From the NCBI GenBank assembly GCA_002269645.1, contig NIVC01000260.1, positions 558,001 through 622,000 on the forward strand: 64,000 nt of DNA, given 5' to 3'. Source of the stretch: Macrostomum lignano. Its lineage: Eukaryota. How positions within the stretch are numbered: position 1 is the stretch's first letter; each line of letters begins with the position of its first letter. The translations under genes and the position numbers were made by a program. The notes beneath the pieces were generated by a model. That model saw only the letters and a list, made by a program, of their open reading frames with translations. It did no database searches and was not told the origin of the DNA. This document shows positions 1-11,453 of this stretch, piece by piece.

Positions 1-1505
1 GCCGACGTTTGCCAGCGGGACGTTTGCCAGCCGAAGTTTGCCTGCCGGACGTTTGCCTGCGGGACGTTTGCCAGCCGACGTTTGCCAGCCGACGGTTGCC
101 AGCCGACATTTGCCAGCCGACGTTTGCCAGCGGGACGTTTGCCAGTCGGACGTTTGCCTGCCGGACGTTTGCCAGCCGACGTTTGCCAGCCGACGTTTGC
201 CTGCCGGAAGTTTGCCAGCCAAAATTTGCTAGCCAGTCAGTGAAAAATTTGATACTGAAACATTCGCAGTTTAGCGGTTTGACAAAAACCATTTTTACTC
301 CAACTTTTTGACGGTTATTCGCATATATACAAGTTTGAAAGCAAAATCTATAAATTATGAAATTTATGCAAAATCTATATAAATTATGCAATTTATATAG
401 ATTTACATCTAATATCCAGTTTAACGATTTTCTTTGAATGTGAAAATATTGTTTACTTTTGACAATTGCGTATCGTTTTTCCCAGTTTGAGATGTTTGAT
501 TTTTGATGTGCGAAAGAAGACGCGCAGATTACAACGGGAATCTCCAGCGATTAAGTTATGAGGCAAACAAAAAGAGCTGCTGAGCGGTAATTCTGGCTCA
601 TATATTTCTCAGTTCATGGGGAGATCCAAAAGTAAGCAAATTGATTCCAATGCTGTTGTATTACTACTCAAGTAAGCCAGGAAACCGCGATCTCAACGTA
701 CATGTGTAGACGAGTCGAATGCGGTACGTTTTTATAGTAAGCTATATAGCTGAATAGCCAGACAAGCCGCCAGTAGCAAGCTAGTAGAATAGCAAGCGCT
801 AGACACTACGTATGCAAAGCTTAGTCACGCCAAGGACTACTAAAGTAGAAGTACGCAGCACTCGAAATCTATGAAAAATGTTTTGAAGGCCATAGGGAGA
901 TAGGAAGTTTTCATCTTTTCAGCACAACAATTGTTATTGCTTTCACATGAGGCAAACCCAATGTTCATCTTTTGATATGTTGTGCCAAAATCGTTGTTAA
1001 ACTAGATATTAGACGTTAGACTGATGAACTGCATAATTTATATATTTTGCTTTCAAACTTGTATACATGCGAATAACCGTCAAAAAGTTGGAGTAAAACG
1101 GTTTTTGTCAAACCGCTAAACTGCGAATATTTCAGTATCAAATTTTTCACTGACTGACTTTATATTGGCTAGCAAATTTTGGCTGGCAAACTTCCGGCAG
1201 GCAAACGTCGGCTGGCAAAAGTCGGCTGGCAAACGTCCCGCAGGCAAACGTCCGGCAGGCAAACTTCGGCTGGCAAACGTCCCGCTGGCAAACGTCGGCT
1301 GGCAAACGTCGGCTGGCGAATGTCGGCTGGCAAACGTCCCGCAGGCAAACGTCGGCTGGTAAACGTCCGGCAGGCAAACTTCGGCTGGCAAACGTCCCAC
1401 TGGCAAACGTCGGCTGGCAAACGTCGGCTGGCAAACGTCGGCTGGCAAACGTCCCGCAGGCAAACGTCGGCTGGCAAACGTCCCGCAGGCAAACGTCGCT
1501 ATCCC
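1..1505. mobile_element. Foldback/Mutator-like non-autonomous element with long inverted arms made of 14-16 bp tandem repeats (left end outside window)
   Basis: 1-347 is the reverse complement of ~1044-1500: GCCGACGTTTGCCA-type repeats plus a ~115-bp unique segment (CAGTCAGTGAAAAATTTGATACTG...GAAAGCAAAAT). The right arm ends ...AAACGTCGCTATCCC at 1505. The ~700-bp spacer is non-coding. Confidence 0.75.
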
Positions 1506-1951
1506 GTCTGTTCCATAATTTGCTGTTCTTCTACACCAGGTTGATAGAGATGGAGTTGCGCACGACGCTTAGATCCCAGAAGCTAAGGATCGAGAAGTAA
1601 TGAATCGAGCAGTGACCTCATTGATAAAACTTGTCTATGGTGAATAAGACCTCAATATTTCAATTAATTTTTTTTCATTTCTATCTTTTATCTTCTGCAG
1701 TACTAGGTACTAAAGTACTGCAGTACCTACTACACCCCGGAAATCTTCTATTTTTTACCTATAAATTTGCGGGTTGTATAGTTTTATCGCCACAAACGCA
1801 GGAGTTTAAGAGAGATGTAACAGATGTAAGACAGATGTAACACCCCAAAATTCTATGCTATATCAGTGAAATCAGGCCATCTAAGACAGCTATTCAATTT
1901 ACTACTTGTTTTGCAAATCTGACATACGGTGTTCATCTGACTCTGCCTCAC

Positions 1952-2668
1952 GTGAGCAACACTTGGGTCTGCCGGCTCTATGCCTACTTCTGGATACTCA
2001 GCAACAGTCTGTCGGCCAATATGCTGTGTCTTCTCGCGGCTGACAGAATATACGCTCTTCAGTACCCGCTGCACCACAAGGTTCACATGACAAAGAGTAA
2101 ATATTGTCTGGTTCTCTCGCTCTTTGTCGCAGTGTTTGCCGTCATCTCTCTTCACGGCTTGGTTGTGTACGACGCGTTTGAGTACTACGGAAGCTGGTAC
2201 TGCTACATGTCTCTGAGCACGGAAAAGTCGGTGCAAACTGCGGTCCAAGCGTACACGAATTTGGTTATGAACGGCTTCTTATCGAGCATTGCGCTGGTAT
2301 TGGCCAACTGCTTTCTCTGCTACCAAATCCACAAGATTCGCAGAAACAGCAGCCGCCTGGCCGGGGCGTCGGATTCCTCATCGACTCCCTCCAAGTCGGA
2401 GATCAGAGCATCCGTGACCCTGGTGGCTCTCGCCATCGCCTTTCTGGTGTGCTGTCTGCCTCGCGCTACGACTTACTTCGTTCAGTTCCTGTTTTACAGC
2501 GGCGCCCTGCCACCGAGCAAAGTTGAGTCGCTGCTCTTTGCTCTGGCTACGAATTTGAGCTTTCTGTTCTATGTGAACTGCTCTGTGAATTGGATAATCT
2601 ATTGTGCCAGGGTGCCCCTGTTCCGGAACCGTCTGCCAGCGTGTTGTCATGGGAGGAGAAAATCCTGA
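1952..2668 (+). CDS. Class A (rhodopsin-like) GPCR, peptide-receptor-like; TM3-TM7 exon, 5' part not located
   Basis: CRLYAYF before TM3, LAADRIYALQYPL (DRY-like), TM6 AFLVCCLP, TM7 VNCSVNWIIY (NPxxY-like), helix 8 FRNRL and a CC palmitoylation motif. The frame is open back to 1841, but no TM1/TM2 or ATG was found. Confidence 0.85.
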   Translation: MSNTWVCRLYAYFWILSNSLSANMLCLLAADRIYALQYPLHHKVHMTKSKYCLVLSLFVAVFAVISLHGLVVYDAFEYYGSWYCYMSLSTEKSVQTAVQAYTNLVMNGFLSSIALVLANCFLCYQIHKIRRNSSRLAGASDSSSTPSKSEIRASVTLVALAIAFLVCCLPRATTYFVQFLFYSGALPPSKVESLLFALATNLSFLFYVNCSVNWIIYCARVPLFRNRLPACCHGRRKS

Positions 2669-4708
2669 GCTGCTTCATCTATCGGAGTCACCGGGACCAA
2701 AGGGTTAACGAAGCGGAGATTTTTTTGCGAGAGTTTTCAAGGCAACAGTAGCCTAAAATCTTGGTAATTGAATCGAAATAGTTTTAGAAATTCATAGGAT
2801 ATTAGCTGGGCACAAGTTTGAAACTCTCGGCACCCAAAACGCACGATGCTATATATCTTAGTAAAAAATTTTGACGGCCAATTGGCCTCTATTAGAATTT
2901 AAGCACGCACAGAATTCACCCTATAAAGTTTAAATAGCCTTGTACCATGTTTCGAATATAAGGATTTAGCACTTAGGGATAGTTTTGCTATTAGTACGAG
3001 CTATAGTTATTGAAAGTCTTGTTTATTCTTGCGTGTTAATATCGATTTTTCAGAGAAAAAAATACGGTTACGGAGGCGTACCTTTTTTGCATAGCAGTTA
3101 GGCTTAGCATTGCACAGTCTGCATAGTTTACTTATGAGTATAGATATCAAGAAGGAAATAAGATCGAATAAATACACATGCAATAATCATTCGGACACAC
3201 ACGACTTCAAAATGCATATTTTCGTTTTCTTAACCTTAACAGAGGCTTATAAATTAACGAAAAAGTTTCAATATTAATCAGTAAGGAGTCTGTGCAGTTA
3301 GCCTACTTTAGTTGAGGGATGTTTAGATCCATTGAAAGATTCAAAAAAATCAAATTTACATCTCTGAACTGTGCTCATGAGCAGGAATAAACTGGCTAAT
3401 AGGCATGACGGAGATGGGTATCGCACTGACAAAAGCTTGCAACTCTCGTTCGTTCGAACTTCGTTCAAAACCATGAACTTGATGAGGCACGTTTTCATTT
3501 TCAAATTGCACCTGATCGAGTTCTAATCTCCGTTTCCATTACTCTTAGTAGGCTTGTAGGGTTTTCTTTTTCATTAATTGTGGAACTTGTTTGTGTTTTC
3601 TTTTGCTGGTAACATTGCGCTTCATTGTAGGAATATGTTTTTGATGAGTAGTTTACGCCCTATGGACAATCTGTCTGGGCCTGGATTTGATTTATGATCA
3701 CTTACCTGTCACTTTTAAGGAAATGAATCCTATATAATAAAATTCTCACTAAAGAAACTTTAGCTCTATGGCAGGAAGGGAGACAACAACGAAAACCGCT
3801 TGGTGAGACTACAGGTGGCGCAAACGATGCCCGAGCCGTCAATGTACATTTTATTGTGATACGCTCGTACGACAAAAAAATTAAACACCGCGAGAACAGC
3901 GATCTCAGTTTAAGACGAAGCCTAAAAAGGCGCAGCGCCACCCACCCCAACGCCACACACCCACCCCCAGGGGTGGAGTCAAGCAACCCCCTCCCAGCCA
4001 ATCGCAAACGCCGGTTAGCCCACGCTATGCAAGCCGGCTAATCAAACCGGTCATTATTGTCTCTCAATTTTGAATAATTTTGACGATTAAATATCGTTTA
4101 GATTGTCATATTCGACTCGACGAACGGCGAGTTCTACGTGTATACGAGTACTCATATGTGCATCAGCGCTATTATAACTAGTCATCAATCTATGGTGCCA
4201 CAGTGCCAGATACTGCATGCGGTGTTAACCTTGAAAATTTAGAGTTGCTTATATGCCGGCCTGTTTGCTTTTCTGTACTAACGATACTACTGGTGAGGAC
4301 TGCATGAGGAACCTGAAGGTTCAGTAGCGTCTGAGTGTGCCATATTTCATGCAATATGAGCTCCTAGAATCTGGCACTTGAAATATGTGACATTTCGTCA
4401 GTTTTTGATTAGCTTTAAGTTTTTCGTCTAGTTCTCCTGATCGCACCTCCATCGAATAACAGCCCTAGCCCGTAGATCTTATTTCACATGCAAGGAGCGT
4501 AATACACAGTAGTAAATCAGATCTATTTGACCCCATATCTCTAATTCTACGCCGTAAATGTCTGAATACATTTCAACAATTCGGCAAAAAATTCTCTTGA
4601 AGCAGGTTTTTTTGGCATGTTAAACATGGACTCTTTAAGTGGGTTTCTTTTGGCCGGAGAGCTAACTGGCAATTCATTTTTATCTTTAGCTTGATAGCAG
4701 CTCAGAAG

Positions 4709-5441
4709 TCAGTGCACGCGGAACTTGACCCAGTCGGCGCTCGTCTCGATCTCCTCGTCCACCTGAGCGTCGGTGAACAGCAGCAGGCGGCAGGCTCTCA
4801 GCTTGCTGTTGTACAGCACGTGTCTGCAGCTGGCCGCACGCATGCCAGCTGTCACGCAGTGCATTGCATTCTTCACCTGCAGCAGGTCAGCGTGGCAGTA
4901 CTCGGAGCTCGGGTTGTAGCTGGTGCGCTTGAACGGAGTGCAGCCACAGTTGGCCAGAGGCAGAGCGAGGCTGAGCTGCCCCAACGAACTCGCAGGCGAA
5001 GCCGCACAGTTCCGAGCAGACGTTGTCAGACAGCTTCCCGACCGCGTCATTGTACTGCCCGATGCAGTCCTGGTTGCCTCCGCTGTTGTTTGGATCGCCT
5101 GTTCGCCACAGGGAGTCATTCAGAGGCAGAATGCCCTTGCCTTTCACCAGCTGCCAGCCCGACCTGCTCGTGCCTCTCTCCTCAGCCAGGTCGGACACTC
5201 CGAGCCAGATGTTGCAGCTGCAGTTGAGACTCGGCATGCTGCCCAGCAACTGCAGCGAGCTGTGCGAGTTGAGCAGCTCGCCTCCGATCGATGCGCAGTG
5301 CCGATTCGCTGAGCACCAGGTGGAGCTCTGAGCTGTGCTCACGAACACGCATTTGCCGGCCTCGAGGCTGAACGGAGCGGGGCACGCGGTCAGCTGGGCC
5401 TGCACTGGCGTCAGCTGCCTGCTGTGCAGCAGGGTTAGCAT
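4709..5441 (-). pseudogene. C-type lectin + PAN/apple-like secreted protein, copy 1 (one frameshift)
   Basis: CPAPF...WCSANRHC...WLG...DPNN...DC...C...FACE lectin domain in ORF 4887-5558. The C-terminal domain (CRHVLYNSKLRACRLLLFTDAQV) is in another frame (4709-5119). At ~4940 TGG CTG C ACT lacks 2 nt relative to paralogs (TGG CAG CGG ACT). Confidence 0.85.
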
Positions 5442-6479
5442 AATTATAATGATTTTATTTTGCATACTGCCATTTTGCTTCTTTAACTTAGAAAAATATT
5501 TAAATTTTTGCGACCACGATATTTGGCACTGCAATTTTGTTTCGCGTTCGGGCTCCACCCAGTATAAGCACTATTTATTGAAAAACCCAGCCAAGGATAA
5601 GGTTCACTGAGTCGATTGATCCATACCTCAAGTCGTCGTCATCGCTTAAGAGTTTCCCCACGAATGCTATAATTTATTTCCATCAGTACTCCATTCAATA
5701 GAAGTTTTTCTACAGCCAAGCAGGAAGATCGGTATCAAGCGCGCTGAAGCGGAAATACGGAAAGTCGTCAGAATTTCCACAGGGTTTTTCCGTTACTACG
5801 GATGCAATGCAATACAATAGATGTAGGAATTACGACCGCGCTAATGCAGCAAATGGTTTACACTGTTTCTTCAGAATAGAAAGCACTGTAGTGTTTCAAA
5901 ATAGCAAATGCAAGCACTGAGGCGGTACACAGGTACACATAATTTTTTCCTGGTACGAATTCGCTGTGGCTAACTACAGTTAAACCCGATTGCTCTGATG
6001 AATTGCTGCAGCAGTAGCAGAGAATGCATGTCTAACCCGAGGAACCGGCCTTTATCATCTGTGCGTGGCTTCGTCTGCCACAAAACAATGTGAGACATTT
6101 GCATTGACACCAAATGCGTATAGAATATATTCTTCCTCATCTTAAAGCTTGTGAGACACGAGGGATTTTCTGCAAGAGCGACTGGGGTACCAGTGAGTTT
6201 ATTACTATATAAACTACATTTCCTGTATCTAAAATTCATAAAAATGCATGACACAACTCGAATCTTTGGTTTTTATGAATCTATCTTATCATCTCTGTTA
6301 CAAATATTTGTTACACAGTCAGCTAAGAATGATAAAATAGACTCATAAAACCAAAGAGCCGCGCTGTGCCATTTCAATGGTTTTTAGGCACAAGACACGT
6401 GCAAATGTACGTAGAATAAAAATTCACATAGAATCCTAATTTTCTTAACGAAAAGCTCCATGAATATCGATAGAGCAAT

Positions 6480-6580
6480 AAGAAAGGCACAACTTATCAA
6501 AAGATGAACACTGGATTTGCCTCCTATCAAAAGCAATAACAATTTTTGTGCTGAAAAAATGAAAACTTCCTATCTCCGTG
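6480..6580 (-). repeat. Dispersed repeat; inverted copy of ~896-988
   Basis: GGCACAAC..ATCAAAAGATGAACA..GCAATAACAATT..GTGCTGAAAA..GAAAACTTCCTATCTCC is the reverse complement of the segment inside the foldback spacer. Confidence 0.75.
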
Positions 6581-8542
6581 TAGTGTATTTTTCGTGAAAA
6601 CCTGCCTTCTAATTTTTTCTAAGAAACGAGGTTTCCCGTTGTGGTAGGTTGAGCCTCACACTAACTGTTTGAAATTTATTTTGGATCCCGTTTTCTGGTC
6701 GTTATTTTTTGCCGTTGTCCTGGGTTTGGCCCTCCTCCGTCCACCTTAAGGTGCTGCCCTGACGTCACCCTTCCGTCATCTCCCGCTCCCTGGTTCTGAC
6801 CCTCTGCTCCCCGGTTCTGGCCATTGAGCCCCTTTTCTGTTCGTTGTTAGTTTTGCCCTGCATCTCCCCAGTGTTAATTTTCGTATGCCCATAACTATGA
6901 CTTTAAGGTCCATTTTAATTATTTTTTCTCCTTTTTCTGTTCATTTGATGCCACAAAATGTTCTGTTTAATATTATAAATAATATGATGCGAGGGCTGCT
7001 AAATGGACCCTTCTCTTTCTCCTTCTCCTTTTCTCCTCCTTTCCTTTTGTTTAACTCTTATTATTGGATTCATTACCTGTGCGTACTACCAGGGAATTCA
7101 TTTATTACAATAGTTGCTAATTTGTAGTCGCCCTCGCGGCACCACCGTCTCATCTCTCGTGGTACTCGTTGAACTATAATAATATTAGCTAACTCTAATT
7201 TAATCGGCCTTTTAATAAATTAGGCGAGCCAACTTAATTTCGTCGTTCAATTAATTAAAAGTCATAGCTTATCTTGAGTCATTTGCCCGTGGGGCGTAAA
7301 ATAACCCCGTCTCATCTCGAAGCAAGCTCTAAGACTCCAACGTTCCGTAATACGCAAATTACGGTGGTGGCAGCGCTACTCTACTATTAGTAACGAAATA
7401 AGCATATGAGGTACATAAATTCACGGTGTCTGAGAACCCGCACTGAACGCTCGCGCCTAACGAAGACCGCCCGCCTACGACTGAGACTACCGATCCCCCC
7501 GGAATTTGAGGACCCCGGCAGTCGGAGTAAAACAGGAGGCAAACTTCCGTTGTGATTCATCTGCGCGATCTTCCGGCTTCAATTCGTGCGAACGCAACGA
7601 CGACCGGTTTCGAAGAAACCCCGAGTTCAAAATCCGCAACCGCCAAGTCAAGCATAAATATTCTTCCTCCGCCCCACCTCACCGTCCTACTTAGGGCCTT
7701 TTCGTATTGCTTGTTCTGGTTCCAGAACCAGAACCATTTTGTGAAGTATAACTTTTTGTCTCCATAACTAGAGGGAGATACGTGCTATAATGTTTTTATT
7801 ATTAAATGACAATCGCCAAGAAGAAAGTGAAAAATTGTGCTAAGTGAGGTTGTTAAGGCAGTCAAACATTCAACAGAATTAAATAGTTATATGCTGTTTT
7901 TCTTGGAAGATCCGAACCGATTCTGATTCTGGAATTGGTAATATGAAAAGCTTTTCATATTACCAATTCCAGAATTACCAAACAGCATAAATAGTTAGGC
8001 CCTATGCTGTTTTTCTTGGAAGATCCGAACTGATTCTGATTCTGGAAAAGCTTTTCATATTGCTGCTTTCATATTGCATATTGCATATTGCATATTCATA
8101 TTGCATTTCATATTGCATCTTGGCTAAGAAATTGCTCAATGTTAAAGGGATTAAATATTTGAAAAACATTTTTTGCAAAGGTCAAACAGATTTTTGACTT
8201 GAAATGCATTATAAGAATGTTAGAATGCTAGAGAAAAAAACTGACTAACTGAATTCCTATTCTGATTAAGATTATATCACAAGTTGAAAATAGTGTTGAA
8301 GAAAAGCACACAAGACTTGATTAAGATTTCTTAACCATTGTAACATTAATTAGCTAGTAGCAAGTCCCATTTTGACCATAGGCATAGAATATATTTTCAA
8401 GCTGTTTCTTGTTTACTATCTCTAAAATCAAATAAAGCTGAGGCAAGCCAAGCTAAGCCAAGAGTTTACAACCCTTCTTTCTCACTTATGCCAAAGTTAA
8501 TTCCACTGCGCTTTGATTCACTTGTAGGCCTATTCTTAGTAT

Positions 8543-8910
8543 TTGGGGGATTCTTGCTATCAGGGGATGCTTTCTCTCTTTGGGGATGCTTGCTATCAGG
8601 GGATGCTTGCTCTCTTTAGGGATATTTGCTATCAAGGGATGCTTGCTCTCTTTGGGGATGCTTGCTATCAAGGGATGCTTGCTCTCTTTGGGGATGCTTG
8701 CTATCAGGGGATGCTTGCTCTTTGGGGATGCTTGCTATCAGGGGATGTTTGCTATTGGGAGATGCTTGCTATTGGGAGATGCTTGCTATTGGGGGTTGCT
8801 TGCTATTGAGGGATGCTTGTTATCAAGGGATGCTTGCTATTGGAGGATGCTTGCTATTGCTATTGGGGAATGCTTGCTATCTGGGGGTGCTTTTTTGGAG
8901 GATGCTTGCC
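8543..8910. repeat. Minisatellite GGGGATGCTTGCTATCA / GGGGATGCTTGCTCTCTTT (17-20 bp units)
   Basis: Directly visible tandem units, degenerating towards the 3' end. Confidence 0.9.
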
Positions 8911-10635
8911 ATCTAGGTAGTGCTTTTGACTGAGGAGAAATGCCTATTATCTTTGTGAAGGCATGATTTTGTTGTGCATTTATTACTTTAAAAAAAGAGA
9001 TTCATAGCAAACATCTTTGTCCATTACAATTTTACCCAAAGAAGGTGACTTAGGGCCTATAAAACTAAAAAAAGAATTGGTTCTTTAAAATGTGCCTTTA
9101 ATGGATTTGCATGAATAATTTTTTCTTCTTACTTTTTAGGTGCCCTGAAGGGGGGCATTAGATTGCTATCCTAACTAAAAATAGAATTGGCAGTCATTTT
9201 GTCTGCTAGAAAATATAAAATTCAATATCAGTGTTATGTTATAATATTAAAATAAAATAATAAGTGATAAGATAATGAACTCATTTTTAATAATGGGCAT
9301 TATGATATTTGATAATTAATGCTATTAGAAATGTGTAGGGCCCCTAGTTATTTTTACAAATTTAATAACTATACATTGCATTTTAAATTCGTGCCAAAAC
9401 TAAGAAGCACTTTTTGTTAAAATGCATATATTTTCTACAATATCTTGACAAATTAAATTTTGTTTAAACTCACTCATAGAATTAGTATAAATAGACGCAA
9501 TCCAAGCCAAGAAAAGAACAACTTGCTTGAGCTTAGCTCCTAACAAAAAATTAATAAGTGATCATACTAAGAAAGAAGTATTATAAGCAAATATATTTGC
9601 AGTTGTCTTCCGAGTAATTCATTTGTAGAAGTGAAGTGAAATAGACTGAGGCATATACAGTATATACTACTGAAAGGCAGATGTATTAAGTAGTAAGAGA
9701 ATACAAAGTAGATCCTAAATTGATACATGCAAGAATAACTAGAGGCTGTGACCCTCTGATCTCGGTAATGTTTAGGACTAGAAATACATAAAGTATATAC
9801 ACTAGTAACCAATATATTACTCAGGCCAAATTACTAGTAGAATGCTACTAGAAGAACAGAAGAACAAGACATGTAAGGGCTAAATAATATTCTAGGAATA
9901 ATTCATAGACCAAATACTCAGACTAATGCTTAGATAAATACTCAGACAAATACTCAGATATATATTCAGAGTAATTCTAAGAAACATTTCTCAGACTTAA
10001 TCTAAAATTAATAAACTTATAATTTTTTAATAGAATAGTCTTGGTGGCAGCTACCAACATTAGGACATTTAATATAGTAAGAAGTATAGCCCTAGTACAA
10101 CTCAGTAACAGCTTTAGGACAATTCATAAAGACAGAGGAATAACCCCTAGTACAACTTGGTGGCAGCAAGTAAGATATTCAATAGTAGGAATAAGAAAAG
10201 TAGCCCTACAACAGAAGTACCAGTATAAGTATATTTAAAATAATTTAATTTTTATAAATCTTCCTTCCTTAAGACTATTTTTTGTATATTTTAATAATCT
10301 ATTTGCCAATTATCCATTGATTAAACAATTAATAGATAAATAATAAACAATAAATTATTTAGATATTTCAATGTATAGATAAATTATCTAATTAATTAAA
10401 AAATATAATTATAAATTAAAATATACTGATTAAAAATGGTTAAAATTAAAATAGTATTTCTATTAGATGTTTAAATATTATAAGATAGAGTGGTTTACCC
10501 TTATGGTTTTGTTAGTATTCAATACCAATGATATGGAGCAGTCTTGAAAATTTAAACTGCCACTTGCATATAAGCTTATGCTTTTCAAGCCAAAAATGTG
10601 CTATGAACTTATTGAATCTGCTAAGTCATGCTTAG

Positions 10636-10793
10636 GTGCAACCTAAGGATTCACCCAGCCATTTCTATTGGCAACACACACACATGTAAGTCGCTATTGG
10701 ATGGAATAGTAGTCACGTGACTGCTCTCAGCCAATAGCAACTTATATGTGTATTTTGCCAATAGAAACGGCTGAGTGATTCGCAAGGTTGCAC
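10636..10793. mobile_element. Hairpin MITE-like palindrome (~160 bp)
   Basis: GTGCAACCT..TCACCCAGCCATTTCTATTGGCAA..GCTATTGG pairs with CCAATAGCAACTT..TTGCCAATAGAAACGGCTGAGTGA..AGGTTGCAC; the centre is the palindrome AGTCACGTGACT. Confidence 0.65.
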
Positions 10794-11453
10794 ATGTATG
10801 TACTAGGTTACTCTATTTGCAAAGGTCTGCAATTCCAAAGAGAAGGTATATGAAGTCATAGGGCCCATTTTATAAAGCCATTGTAAGATAAGATATAATT
10901 GAAGTCATGCTATGACAACTTTATAGTACAAGTATAATCCCATGGGCCTAGTCAAGTAGTTGCTTACTTGTTAGCATGGTAGTCCATTCATTGCCTTAGA
11001 TAGCAATTTAAAGTATAGTGATTTTCTCACATGCTTACTATGAGTAGCATAACACTGCCACTACTATAATTTACATATTATGGACTGTTAGTTCTTGGAG
11101 CATAAATTATTAGTACTTTTATTATGAAATGATTTATTTCTTATAATAGCTATTTAGTATTATGAAACTATTTATTTAATGCTACCTGATCAGTAAACAA
11201 AAAAGCATTTCAAATTAAACTAATCCTTAAACCAGGTTTAAACCCTAAAGTCTGGGTCATTATGCAGGAGGTTTATTTTTATTTTTAGTCTGTGTGCACC
11301 TTGATTTTTGAAAATTGCATGCAAAAAATTTCCAAGAATGCAAATTTTCATCTGACTGTTAAATAAAGTTTAAGTTTAAAACCTAGATCTTACCTAAATA
11401 TAAGTTTAGCATGCAATCAATCTTTTTGCATAATTTCAGTCAGTCTCAAAAAG

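Noticed and set aside
9-1544. ORFs in the terminal repeats (PADVCQPTFASR...)
   Set aside because: They are translations of the foldback arm tandem repeats.
6640-7300. Possible solo LTR (minus strand ends AATAAA...CTACCACA)
   Set aside because: No matching opposite terminus or TSD was found.
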